From: an uncultured Myxococcales bacterium
GTDB taxonomy: Bacteria > Myxococcota_A > UBA9042
Direction of reading: 5' to 3'
NCBI GenBank assembly: GCA_903924465.1
Contig: CAIYBN010000056.1
Coordinates: 1,291 to 65,290 of the forward strand
DNA: 64,000 nt
How positions within the stretch are numbered: position 1 is the first letter of the stretch; the number at the start of each line of letters is the position of its first letter. The notes under the pieces were generated by a model that ran no database searches, was not told the DNA's origin, and worked only from the letters and a program-made list of their open reading frames with translations. The translations under genes were made by a program, and so were the position numbers. Below, in pieces: positions 47,645-56,365 of the stretch.

Positions 47645-50236
47645 TCAGGGACACGAGGTCTGCGTCACGCTGAAGTTACTGACGTCAAATTCAGTGTACG
47701 CTCCACCAGTTCCCGCGGAAAATCCGATGAAGCCGCCGGCGAAGGCACTTGGCATCGTTCCGGAGAACAGGAGATAGCCATCGATAGAGCCCTTGACGTT
47801 TGCGCCGTTGATATCAACGACGTAGTGATGCCATAAGCCATCGCCGACATCGCCGGGAACATTGTTCCATGCGTCAGCCCAGCCATTGGCTGCATACTTG
47901 CCGGTGTCACCATTCAGTGTCGCCGCGAACTCATAGCTGAGCCCATGATCGCCGGCATCGCTGTCATGCGTGTCCAGCTTCACGTGGACACCGTTGACTG
48001 GGTAACTGCCGCAGATGGTGTTGTTGGAGCCATAGCCCATGCAGGCTCCGGATGCCGTGTTGGCGATATAGCTCTCAAGTGCGGTGAGATTGGGTACGTC
48101 GATGATGTTGAGCGCCATTCCCTCCGGAGAGGCAAAAAACGCTGCGTCGTATTGGATGGTCGTCTTTGCCGCCGCAATCCGCGCGGTTGTGTAATACACC
48201 TGCCCCTTCTTCGATGCGGCTGCGGGCACGAGCCGAACTCCGGGGCCTGCCGTCGAGGAGTAGTCCGCGCTGTTATACAGCTTCCACCCGGCCTTCACGG
48301 TAGCGAGAGAATTCGTTGTGTTCAAGCAAGCCGCGCAGCCTTCATCGGTCAAGCCATTGCAGTTGTCGTCGATGCTGTTACCGCAGACCTCCGCGTGACC
48401 GGGATTCACCGCCGCGCTGGCGTCATTGCAATCACCGGACACCATCGCAGTGTAGCTCGCCAGCGGGCCGCAGGCAGCTTTGCCCGTACCGGCGCCATAG
48501 CCATCCGCGTCGGCATCGGCATAGTAGGTTGCCGTGCCCAAACCCTCGTCGGTCTGGCCGTTGCAGTTGTCATCCAAGCCATTGCAGATCTCGGTGGCGC
48601 CCGGATGGACAGTTGCCCGCGTATCATCGCAGTCGGTATGGTCGCTGACATCGCCGACAGGCGCGCTGCAGGCCTGCACCAACTTGCTAGTGTCGCCGTA
48701 GCCGTCGCCATCTGCATCTGCGTAGAAGTTCAGCTTCACGCCTTCGTCGACCGTGCCGTTGCAGTTGTCGTCCACGCCGTTGCAGATCTCGGTCGCGCCG
48801 GGATGAACGGTGGGACTCGCATCGTTGCAATCACCGCTGACGGTGACGTAGCCCATCGGCTGGCTGCATGCCGATTTGCTGACAGCTGCGTTGCCATAGC
48901 CGTCGAAGTCCGAATCCTGATAGTACGTCACGGTCACCAAGCCCTCGTCGATCTGACCATTGCAGTCATCGTCCACGCCGTTGCACACTTCCGTCCTGGC
49001 CGGGTTGATCGTGGGATCGTTGTCGTTGCAATCGCCGCCCTTGGATGTTGAGTAGATGGCGCTGGCTGCGCACAGACAGCTGGGGGTGCCGCCGCCGTAC
49101 CCATCGCTGTCGGCGTCCTTGTAGAACAACGTGCAGTTCGTCGCCCCCGCCTCATCGGTCTTGCCGTTGCAGTTGTCGTCCACCCCGTTGCACACCTCCG
49201 CCGCACCCGGATGAATCGCCGCATTGCCATCATCGCAGTCCCCGCCGCACGTCGCGCTCGGGCCGTAGCCATCGCCATCGGCGTCGATGGTCTTGGAACT
49301 GCACACGCCAGCCACGCACGCATCCGCGGTGCAGACATTGCCATCGCTACACGCATTGGCGTTGTTGGTCACGTTCGCACAGCCGGTCGCGGGCGCGCAG
49401 CTGTCATCGGTGCAGGCGTTGCCGTCGTTGCAATTGCTGGCGCCACCGCCAAAGCAGGTGCCGGCCACGCATTGGTCGCCGCTGGTGCACAGGCTACCGT
49501 CCTCGCAGGTGGCGCCGGTGGCGAGGTTGACGGCGACGCACTGGCTGGTGCTGGGATCGCAGCTGTTGGCCTTGCAGGCGAGAACGGGACAGACGATGCC
49601 TGCGCAGGGATTGGTGTTGGCGTCGGGCAGTGCCACGTCATCGGCGGCATCGGCATCAACCGCGGAGGCGTCGTCGGCCAGCACCACGTCGGCGGTATCC
49701 ATCAGGTCCGCACTATCGGCATCCGCGACATCCACCAGCGTGGCATCGGTGCCCGCGGTATCGCTGCCATCGGCCAGATCGGCCAGGTCCGGCGCATCGG
49801 CAGCGCTGGCATCGGTCGCATCGGCAAGCGCATCGACCGTGTCGGCGATATCCGGCCCGACGTCCGCAAGGACTACATCCGCGGCATCCACGGCGTCGAC
49901 AATTTCGGCCGCCTCGTCGACCACGGCAGTGTCGGTGCCGGCATCCACCGTTTGCGCATCGCCATCGACGGCATCGACTTCCGGCGGCGCGTCGGCCAGT
50001 TGCACATCCAGCGCATCCGCGGCCGTCACGTCCTCGCCGGCGTCCACCACGTCCGCGAGGGCGTCACCAACATCCGCCGCAGCATCGCCATCCGCGGCAT
50101 CACCGAGCGCATCCGCCGCAACGAGTCCATCCGCCGCGGCTTGTTCAGCCGGCGTGGCGTATTCAAAGGCATCCGGCGCCGGCAGGGCAAAGCATCCGCT
50201 CAGGCAGGCAAGGCCGATGGCCAGCAAGCGCTTCAT
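47645..50236 (-). CDS. Large lipoprotein with MopE-like Cys-rich 'putative metal-binding' repeats and a C-terminal L-type-lectin/LamG-like domain
   Basis: Lipobox LACLSGC. Asp/Ala-rich linker. Several repeats of DADGDGYG...C..DC(D/N)D....(I/V)(H/N)P...E.CNG(V/L)DD(N/D)CNG..DEG. C-terminal roughly 230-aa beta-sandwich-like domain. Confidence 0.75.
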   Translation of the reverse strand: MKRLLAIGLACLSGCFALPAPDAFEYATPAEQAAADGLVAADALGDAADGDAAADVGDALADVVDAGEDVTAADALDVQLADAPPEVDAVDGDAQTVDAGTDTAVVDEAAEIVDAVDAADVVLADVGPDIADTVDALADATDASAADAPDLADLADGSDTAGTDATLVDVADADSADLMDTADVVLADDASAVDADAADDVALPDANTNPCAGIVCPVLACKANSCDPSTSQCVAVNLATGATCEDGSLCTSGDQCVAGTCFGGGASNCNDGNACTDDSCAPATGCANVTNNANACSDGNVCTADACVAGVCSSKTIDADGDGYGPSATCGGDCDDGNAAIHPGAAEVCNGVDDNCNGKTDEAGATNCTLFYKDADSDGYGGGTPSCLCAASAIYSTSKGGDCNDNDPTINPARTEVCNGVDDDCNGQIDEGLVTVTYYQDSDFDGYGNAAVSKSACSQPMGYVTVSGDCNDASPTVHPGATEICNGVDDNCNGTVDEGVKLNFYADADGDGYGDTSKLVQACSAPVGDVSDHTDCDDTRATVHPGATEICNGLDDNCNGQTDEGLGTATYYADADADGYGAGTGKAACGPLASYTAMVSGDCNDASAAVNPGHAEVCGNSIDDNCNGLTDEGCAACLNTTNSLATVKAGWKLYNSADYSSTAGPGVRLVPAAASKKGQVYYTTARIAAAKTTIQYDAAFFASPEGMALNIIDVPNLTALESYIANTASGACMGYGSNNTICGSYPVNGVHVKLDTHDSDAGDHGLSYEFAATLNGDTGKYAANGWADAWNNVPGDVGDGLWHHYVVDINGANVKGSIDGYLLFSGTMPSAFAGGFIGFSAGTGGAYTEFDVSNFSVTQTSCP

Positions 50237-51111
50237 CAAAACCGCCCCGTCAGCAGCAGACCCTGCGGTGTGGGCAGCAGCGCGACCTTGTCGGGATGGC
50301 GCAGCAAGAGCCACGTGCCCCCGCCCGCGCACGCCAGCCCGCCCACGCCCAGGCCGATGCCCACGCCCAGCCGGGTGTTGAGCGAGGTCACCGTCGCCGA
50401 GGCCGTCTGGTAATTCGTGCCGACAATCTTGCCATCAGGCCCCAACGTGCCGCTGTCGCGCTTCCAGGCCGCGGCATCCGCCAGCGTGGACAGGCTCACG
50501 CCCAAGCCAGCGATGAACAGCGCGCCGCCACCCGCCACCAATGCCCATGGCACCAGTTCGTTCTCGGCTAGACGGCGCGGCGCCTGAAGGACCACAGGCG
50601 GCGGCGCAACCGGCTCACGCTGCGGCAACGTCTCGACCGTTTTCACCACCACCACCGCGGGCGGCGGTAGCGGCTGCGGCGGCTCCACGGTTGACCGCGG
50701 CGGTTGGGCCACCGGCGGCGGCGCAACGGGCAATGGCGGCGGCGCGGCGCTCTTCTCCACCGCGTCGATTTCATCCAGCGCTTTCTGAGATTTCAAGAAG
50801 TACGGGTCCGTGCCCGGCAGCAGCCCCATGAGGCTCTCGAACGCCAGCCGCGCGGCCTTGAATTTGCCGGCCTTCTGCTCGGATCGCCCAACGCCGAACA
50901 GGTATTCCGGCTTGGTAGGATCGATCCGGTACGCGCGTCGGTAGAGATCGGCGGACGCCACGTACGCCTGATGCCGGTAGTAGTCGATGGCCTGCTTGGC
51001 GACCATCGACGCTTCCACGGCCGGCGCGGGCGGTGCGGCCAACACCGGCAGCGCCAGCAACAGCACAGCCGCCACGAGCACACGGCGCAGAATCTGCCGA
51101 GCCATCGCCAT
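50236..51111 (-). CDS. TPR-repeat protein with a Pro-rich linker and C-terminal hydrophobic region
   Basis: Signal/anchor MAMARQILRRVLVAAVLLLALPVLAA. TPR-like segment (YYRHQAYVASADLYRRAYRIDP). PPPV repeats. Confidence 0.5.
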   Translation of the reverse strand: MAMARQILRRVLVAAVLLLALPVLAAPPAPAVEASMVAKQAIDYYRHQAYVASADLYRRAYRIDPTKPEYLFGVGRSEQKAGKFKAARLAFESLMGLLPGTDPYFLKSQKALDEIDAVEKSAAPPPLPVAPPPVAQPPRSTVEPPQPLPPPAVVVVKTVETLPQREPVAPPPVVLQAPRRLAENELVPWALVAGGGALFIAGLGVSLSTLADAAAWKRDSGTLGPDGKIVGTNYQTASATVTSLNTRLGVGIGLGVGGLACAGGGTWLLLRHPDKVALLPTPQGLLLTGRF

Positions 51112-51353
51112 GGTTGCATCCGGAAGCAGGAAGTCTGCTGCGGCGAGGATGGCTGGTGGAACGTTGCGGTGCAATTGCACTCGCTGACCGACGGTCGAGA
51201 TCACGCCTCCGCCAGCCGCGGCGTGCCACAGGAGGTGCACGCTCGCGGTCCAGTCCGAAAGGCAACAGCTCTGACTGGCCCGGCTTGGCATCCGACAAAG
51301 ATCAGGAGTTACGACTCGCAGTCTCCGCATCGCTCATGCTACCCTCGCGCGCC

Positions 51354-53171
51354 ATGACGCACCGCGCTTTCGTTCCACCCAAACCGCCGCCGATTGAACT
51401 GCTCGACCCGCTGGTGGCCAACCAGATCGCCGCGGGCGAGGTGGTGGAACGGCCGGCGTCGGTCATCAAGGAGCTGGTCGAGAACAGCCTGGACGCCGGT
51501 GCGACGCACATCCAGATTCGCCTGAAAGAGGGCGGAAGCGTGCTGGCGCAGGTCATCGACAATGGCTATGGCCTGGATGGTCCCTCAGCGAAGCTGGCGT
51601 TCCTGCGCCATGCGACGTCCAAGCTGCGCACGGCTGAAGAGCTGATGGGCATCCAGACGTTCGGCTTTCGCGGCGAGGCACTCGCGTCGATCCTGGCGGT
51701 GGCGCACGTGACGCTGACGTCCCGGCGTGCGGACATGGACGTGGGCGTGCGGCTGACGGGCGGTGGCGCGACCGGGCTGCGTGAGGAGCCCGCGGGCTGT
51801 CCGGTGGGCACGGACATCCAGGTGGCGGACCTGTTCTTCAACGTGCCCGCCCGCCAGAAGTTCCTGCGGACGGCAGCCACCGAGCTGGGGCAGATCCTGC
51901 GCTTTGTCGATGCGCTGGCGCTGGCACGGCCGGACCTGCATCTGACGGTGCACCACAATGACCGCAAGGTCGCGGATTATCCCGCCGACCGGGACCTGAT
52001 GCGCCGCACGCATGCGGTGCTGGGTGGCGAGGTGGCGGCGCGGCTGTACCCGCTGGCGGATGACTTGGAATACCAGGTGCGCGGCCTGCTGAGCGAACCG
52101 AGCCTGCACCATGGCGGCCCGGGACAGCTCACGCTCTTGGTCAATGGTCGGCATGTCGCGGATCGCACGCTGCAGCACGCGGTGATCTCGGGCTACGGCA
52201 CGCTGCTGGAGCGCGGCCGCTATCCCGTGGGCATTCTCGCGATTGATTGCCCGCCGGGCACGGTGGATGTCAACGTGCACCCGGCCAAGACGGAAGTGCG
52301 GTTTGTCCAGAGCCAGGCGGTGTTTGCCGCGGTCGTGCGCGCCATCCGCGGCATGTTGGCGGGAACGCCGTGGGTCAAGGAGCCCATCACGGTCAATCTC
52401 GCTGCGCTGACGGAGCAGACGCCAACGGTCCACGACTTTCCAGCGCTGCGACCGGGGCCGGTGCGGGAGCAGCTGCCGTCGGCCTGGCGCAACACCCCGG
52501 TGCGGCCGTTCAAGCACACGCAGCCGTTTTCCAGCGGCGTGGAGGACGCTTTCCAGCCGCCGCTGCCGCAAGCGCAGCCGCAACCGACGACGTACAGCGG
52601 CCTGCGCTACGTCGGGCAAGTCGGCAAGTGCTTCCTGGTGTGCGAAACGGCGGATGCGTTGGTGCTCATCGACCAGCACGCCGCGCACGAGCGCATCCTG
52701 TTCGAGCAGTTTGTCCAGCGCGCCCGGACCCAAGGCTATGCGATGCAGCAGCTGCTGATTCCGCAGATGATTCCCCTGGTTCCGGCGGAGGTCGCAGCGC
52801 TGGATGAAGCGGCCGACCTGCTGACGCCGTTGGGTTTTGTCGTGGAAGCGGCCGGCGAACGTGCCGTGCGTCTGCGGGCCCATCCGGCGATTCTGCGCGA
52901 CCGTGATGTGGTGGCTGAAGTGCTGGCGTTGGCGGAATCCTTGGCCCAAGGCGGTCGCGGCGCGCGCACGCTGGAGACGCTGGAACGCGCTGCGGCCACG
53001 CTCGCCTGTCACGCCGCCTGGCGCGCCGGTGATGTGATGACCGCGGACGACGTGCAACGCCTGCTGCGGGAGATGGAAGGCGTAGATTTGTCCGCCTACT
53101 GCCCGCACGGCCGACCGGTCGTGTTTCGCGCGCAGTGGCAGGAAGTCGGCCGCTGGTTTGGGCGCCCGTAG
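51354..53171 (+). CDS. mutL: DNA mismatch repair protein MutL
   Basis: GHKL ATPase N-terminus (IAAGEVVERPASVIKELVENSLDAGAT). C-terminal dimerization domain. 605 aa from MTHRAF. Confidence 0.9.
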   Translation: MTHRAFVPPKPPPIELLDPLVANQIAAGEVVERPASVIKELVENSLDAGATHIQIRLKEGGSVLAQVIDNGYGLDGPSAKLAFLRHATSKLRTAEELMGIQTFGFRGEALASILAVAHVTLTSRRADMDVGVRLTGGGATGLREEPAGCPVGTDIQVADLFFNVPARQKFLRTAATELGQILRFVDALALARPDLHLTVHHNDRKVADYPADRDLMRRTHAVLGGEVAARLYPLADDLEYQVRGLLSEPSLHHGGPGQLTLLVNGRHVADRTLQHAVISGYGTLLERGRYPVGILAIDCPPGTVDVNVHPAKTEVRFVQSQAVFAAVVRAIRGMLAGTPWVKEPITVNLAALTEQTPTVHDFPALRPGPVREQLPSAWRNTPVRPFKHTQPFSSGVEDAFQPPLPQAQPQPTTYSGLRYVGQVGKCFLVCETADALVLIDQHAAHERILFEQFVQRARTQGYAMQQLLIPQMIPLVPAEVAALDEAADLLTPLGFVVEAAGERAVRLRAHPAILRDRDVVAEVLALAESLAQGGRGARTLETLERAAATLACHAAWRAGDVMTADDVQRLLREMEGVDLSAYCPHGRPVVFRAQWQEVGRWFGRP

Positions 53172-53200
53172 GCGCGGCGTTCAGGTCACGCTGATGAAGG

Positions 53201-53986
53201 CTAGCGCAACGCACCCGCCGTAAACGCGCTCTTGGCCGGCGCGGTCGACGGTCCTTCGGCAACAAATCGCACCGATTTTGGATCATCGCCGGCACCGCGC
53301 AATTGGAACGCCTCGGGTTGGCCGGCGCCGTTGAACGCTTCCCAGTCGACTTCTCCCAGCTTGGCTCCCTTGCCATCGCTGATGGCGGTGGCAATCAAGT
53401 AGCCGGAGCGTTTGGAGATGGACACCTTGGCGGGACGCGCCGTCACGCCCAATTCATAGCGCGGCGCCAGACGCACAACGGCCACTTCGTCAAACTCACC
53501 CTCCACCGTGGGCGTGTACTGCGATTGCCATTCCAGCGCACAGAACATGATCCACGGCACACCGAGAATGGGTTGGGGGCGGAACACCGCTTCGTGCGGC
53601 AGCAATTTGGCCTTCTCACCGCCGACGCGCAGCCACGCCTTGGCGCCATCCATGACAACGCCCGTGCCCAGCAACTCCGCCGGACCTGCGACAACGCGCA
53701 CTTGCAGCTGAGCGTGGCCGACAAAGCTCCGGGCGACCGCAATCTTCAGCCCTGCCATCGGGTGCCCGGCCGGCACATCCGCTTTGAAGACGCGCTGCCA
53801 GGGCTTTTGTGCCGAACGCTGGAGCGCCAGCTCGGCAATCGCAGGCGCACCCTTGCGGCGAATATCCAGCCATTCGGTGGGCGGCGCCGCGAGCGCGAAG
53901 GACGCCAGCAAACACTGCGTGGCCAGCAGGCAGCGTGTCAGGAAGAGGTTGCGGTGAAGGCGCCGGAAGACCATTGGACGACCCAA
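53201..53986 (-). CDS. Secreted hypothetical protein
   Basis: Signal peptide present; no recognizable domain. Confidence 0.45.
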   Translation of the reverse strand: MGRPMVFRRLHRNLFLTRCLLATQCLLASFALAAPPTEWLDIRRKGAPAIAELALQRSAQKPWQRVFKADVPAGHPMAGLKIAVARSFVGHAQLQVRVVAGPAELLGTGVVMDGAKAWLRVGGEKAKLLPHEAVFRPQPILGVPWIMFCALEWQSQYTPTVEGEFDEVAVVRLAPRYELGVTARPAKVSISKRSGYLIATAISDGKGAKLGEVDWEAFNGAGQPEAFQLRGAGDDPKSVRFVAEGPSTAPAKSAFTAGALR

Positions 53987-54233
53987 GCACGGCGGCGATG
54001 CCGCGAGAGGTCAGATTGCCCCTCGCCACGGGCTCGGTCAAGTTCAATGGCGCACAAGCGGAATTCTCCACGCCCACATCGACGGTTGCAGCTGGCGAGA
54101 ACGACGTCACCCGCGCGGCAACCCGCTGTGCCGGAAGAAGTTACCGTCATTCGCGTGCATCGCGTGCCAAGATCCGGCACACTGACCTTTCGCGTTCCTT
54201 CCGGCCCGGAAGCCGCGTCCACGGAGTCGATTC

Positions 54234-55502
54234 ATGGCCAACCTCGGCTACATCCAGATGGTCCGGCACTGCAACCAGAACTGCGGGTTCTGCTCCAATC
54301 CGGAGACGCCGTTCTTCCACAATCTGGAGCAGATTCACGAAATCGTGAAGGATTTCGTCAGTCGCGACTACTTTGGCGTCATCATGACCGGCGGCGAGCC
54401 CACGCTGTCGCCGATCCTGCCGGAAGCGATTGCCCACGCCCGCGAGAACGGCCTGCACGTGCGGATGATTACCAATGGCCAGAAGCTCGCCGATTGGGAT
54501 TACTGCAAATCCTTGGCCGATGCCGGTTTGCAGCATGTGCACGTATCGATTCACAGTCACAAACACAAGCTCGAAGACTTTCTAACCGGTACGCCGGGCT
54601 CGCTGGACTGGGCGGAAAAGGCGCTGACCAATCTGGGCAAGACCAACATCACGGTCAACATCAACACGGTCATCAACCGCTACAATTGCGACCATCTGCA
54701 CGAAAACATCGAATGGTTCATCCAGAATTTCCCGTTCATCCGGCATTTTGTCTGGAACAACCTGGACCCGTCGATCGGTCGCGCCACCAGCAACCAGTAC
54801 TTCACGGCGCGGATGCAGGACATCGAGGTGAGCCTGTCCAAGGCGATGCGCATGCTGGCGGAAACCGGCCGGTCGTTTCGCGTCGAGCGCGTGCCGCTGT
54901 GCTACATGACTGAGTTTGCGCATTGCTCGACTGAAACGCGTAAAATCGTCAAATCGGAAGAGCGCATCGTGCATTTCCTCGACAACAAGGGCACCGTGCG
55001 CCAGACCGAATGGGGCCATTTGTACGCCGATGTGTGCAACGTCTGCAGCCTGCGCTCCATCTGTGGCGGCCTGTTCGACCGCGGCGACGCTTACGATCCG
55101 AAGGAGCTGTCGCCGATTTTCAGCGATCCCAAACCGATCATCGCGCGCATCGTCCAGGATTTGCAGTCCGATCCGGCTTGGCGCATGGCGAAATTCAAGA
55201 ACCTGGCGGCAGTTCCGGCGGCGCACCAGGGTAAATCCGGGAGCCAGAAGAGCATGGCGGGCGGCGAAGTGTCGCGACCCGGTAAAGTGCAGGCGCCGAC
55301 CGGCGAGCGGCTGGTGCAAATGGCGATGGACCCGAAGCGCAAGACGGATCACACGGCGCATGACTGGACGCCGGAAACGGCGGGCTGGCATCCGTCGGAC
55401 GATGAAGAGGACGTGGACGAAGGCCTCGTCGTGCCGCCAGAGCCCGTTTCGACAGGGCGGGTTGCGGCGTCGCGCCTTGATGTTCGATCCGGACAAGAGT
55501 AG
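54234..55502 (+). CDS. Radical SAM/SPASM-type enzyme (paralogous to the C-terminal half of the 39658-41949 fusion)
   Basis: CNQNCGFC (CxxxCxxC). GGEPT. PLCYM. C-terminal Cys cluster CNVCSLRSICGG. Roughly 110-aa disordered acidic/Pro-rich tail. GGAG ribosome-binding site. Confidence 0.85.
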   Translation: MANLGYIQMVRHCNQNCGFCSNPETPFFHNLEQIHEIVKDFVSRDYFGVIMTGGEPTLSPILPEAIAHARENGLHVRMITNGQKLADWDYCKSLADAGLQHVHVSIHSHKHKLEDFLTGTPGSLDWAEKALTNLGKTNITVNINTVINRYNCDHLHENIEWFIQNFPFIRHFVWNNLDPSIGRATSNQYFTARMQDIEVSLSKAMRMLAETGRSFRVERVPLCYMTEFAHCSTETRKIVKSEERIVHFLDNKGTVRQTEWGHLYADVCNVCSLRSICGGLFDRGDAYDPKELSPIFSDPKPIIARIVQDLQSDPAWRMAKFKNLAAVPAAHQGKSGSQKSMAGGEVSRPGKVQAPTGERLVQMAMDPKRKTDHTAHDWTPETAGWHPSDDEEDVDEGLVVPPEPVSTGRVAASRLDVRSGQE

Positions 55503-55595
55503 AAGCAAGAGGTCACGCCAGTCCGGTCGCCCCCCGCCGGATGCGCGTTCGCCCTCCCACATCTGGGGCAATTTGCATCACAGGAGTACTTGAGC

Positions 55596-56036
55596 ATGGG
55601 CCAGCCGCACATTGAGAAACTCGACCCGAAAACCAGTACGATGACGCTGTCGCTGGACATCGGCCTGTACCCCGCGGACGTGCTGTACGCCGCCGCCTAC
55701 GTGTTCCTCGACCGCGCGTACGTCTTGCTGGATCGTGCCGGTCCGCGCTTTGAAGTGCACCTGCGCGGCAAAGGCGAGCTCGACGAAGCGCAGCTGACCG
55801 CGATGTCCGGCGAGTTTGAGAACGAGCTGCTCGCTCAGGCGCTGCGCCGCAAGGTCGTCAAGGCCAACCAGAAGATCATCGAAGACATCACCAGTCAGGC
55901 CATCGCGGGCGCGGCGGGCGGCACGCTGCCCACGGATTTCCTCGCTGCAGGCGACGACGGCATGGACTTTCTCGACGACCCGCTGGGCATCGCGGTGCCG
56001 TGGGAAGAGAAATTCAAGAAGAAGAAAGACGCCTGA
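55596..56036 (+). CDS. Small protein A of the rSAM cassette (poly-Lys C-terminus)
   Basis: 146 aa from the ATG at 55596 (AGGAG ribosome-binding site 8 nt upstream; the track ORF starts 6 nt earlier at TTG). Ends ...EEKFKKKKDA. Paralogous to the next small ORF. Confidence 0.65.
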   Translation: MGQPHIEKLDPKTSTMTLSLDIGLYPADVLYAAAYVFLDRAYVLLDRAGPRFEVHLRGKGELDEAQLTAMSGEFENELLAQALRRKVVKANQKIIEDITSQAIAGAAGGTLPTDFLAAGDDGMDFLDDPLGIAVPWEEKFKKKKDA

Positions 56037-56097
56037 GAGACGTCCAACAAACGTCAGCGTATCCCAACTGTTCTGATCTTTTTGCGGGGTTCTCTTC

Positions 56098-56337
56098 ATG
56101 AGCCATGTCACACACCAATCCGTCAAGCTGCACCGCACGCTGTACATGCAGCAGGCGGTGAAGGAAGCGGCGACGACATTCGCGGATTTCGCCTCGTTCG
56201 CCATCAAGCGCGACGGCGATTACTACGCGGTCGACATCCGGGACATCGACCCGGACGTGGACGGCGACGTGGTCGCGGAATTCTGCAACTTTGCGCTGGC
56301 CAACACGGCGAGCCGCAAGAAATCCAAGAAAGCCTGA
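56098..56337 (+). CDS. Small protein B of the rSAM cassette (paralog of A; poly-Lys C-terminus; N-terminal SHVTHQS..HRT)
   Basis: 79 aa. Shares a LY..A..F.D.A....RDG...V..R...D...V..EF.N..LA core with the 146-aa protein. Ends ...ASRKKSKKA. Lies immediately upstream of the RRE-containing rSAM gene. Confidence 0.55.
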   Translation: MSHVTHQSVKLHRTLYMQQAVKEAATTFADFASFAIKRDGDYYAVDIRDIDPDVDGDVVAEFCNFALANTASRKKSKKA

Positions 56338-56365
56338 ACGGCCGCAGTGAGAGGAGCGAACACGG

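Noticed and set aside
54003-54233. Possible short leader/precursor peptide ORF upstream of rSAM-1
   Set aside because: Frames here run into long antisense/overlapping ORFs with no RBS or repeat signature. No convincing small gene.
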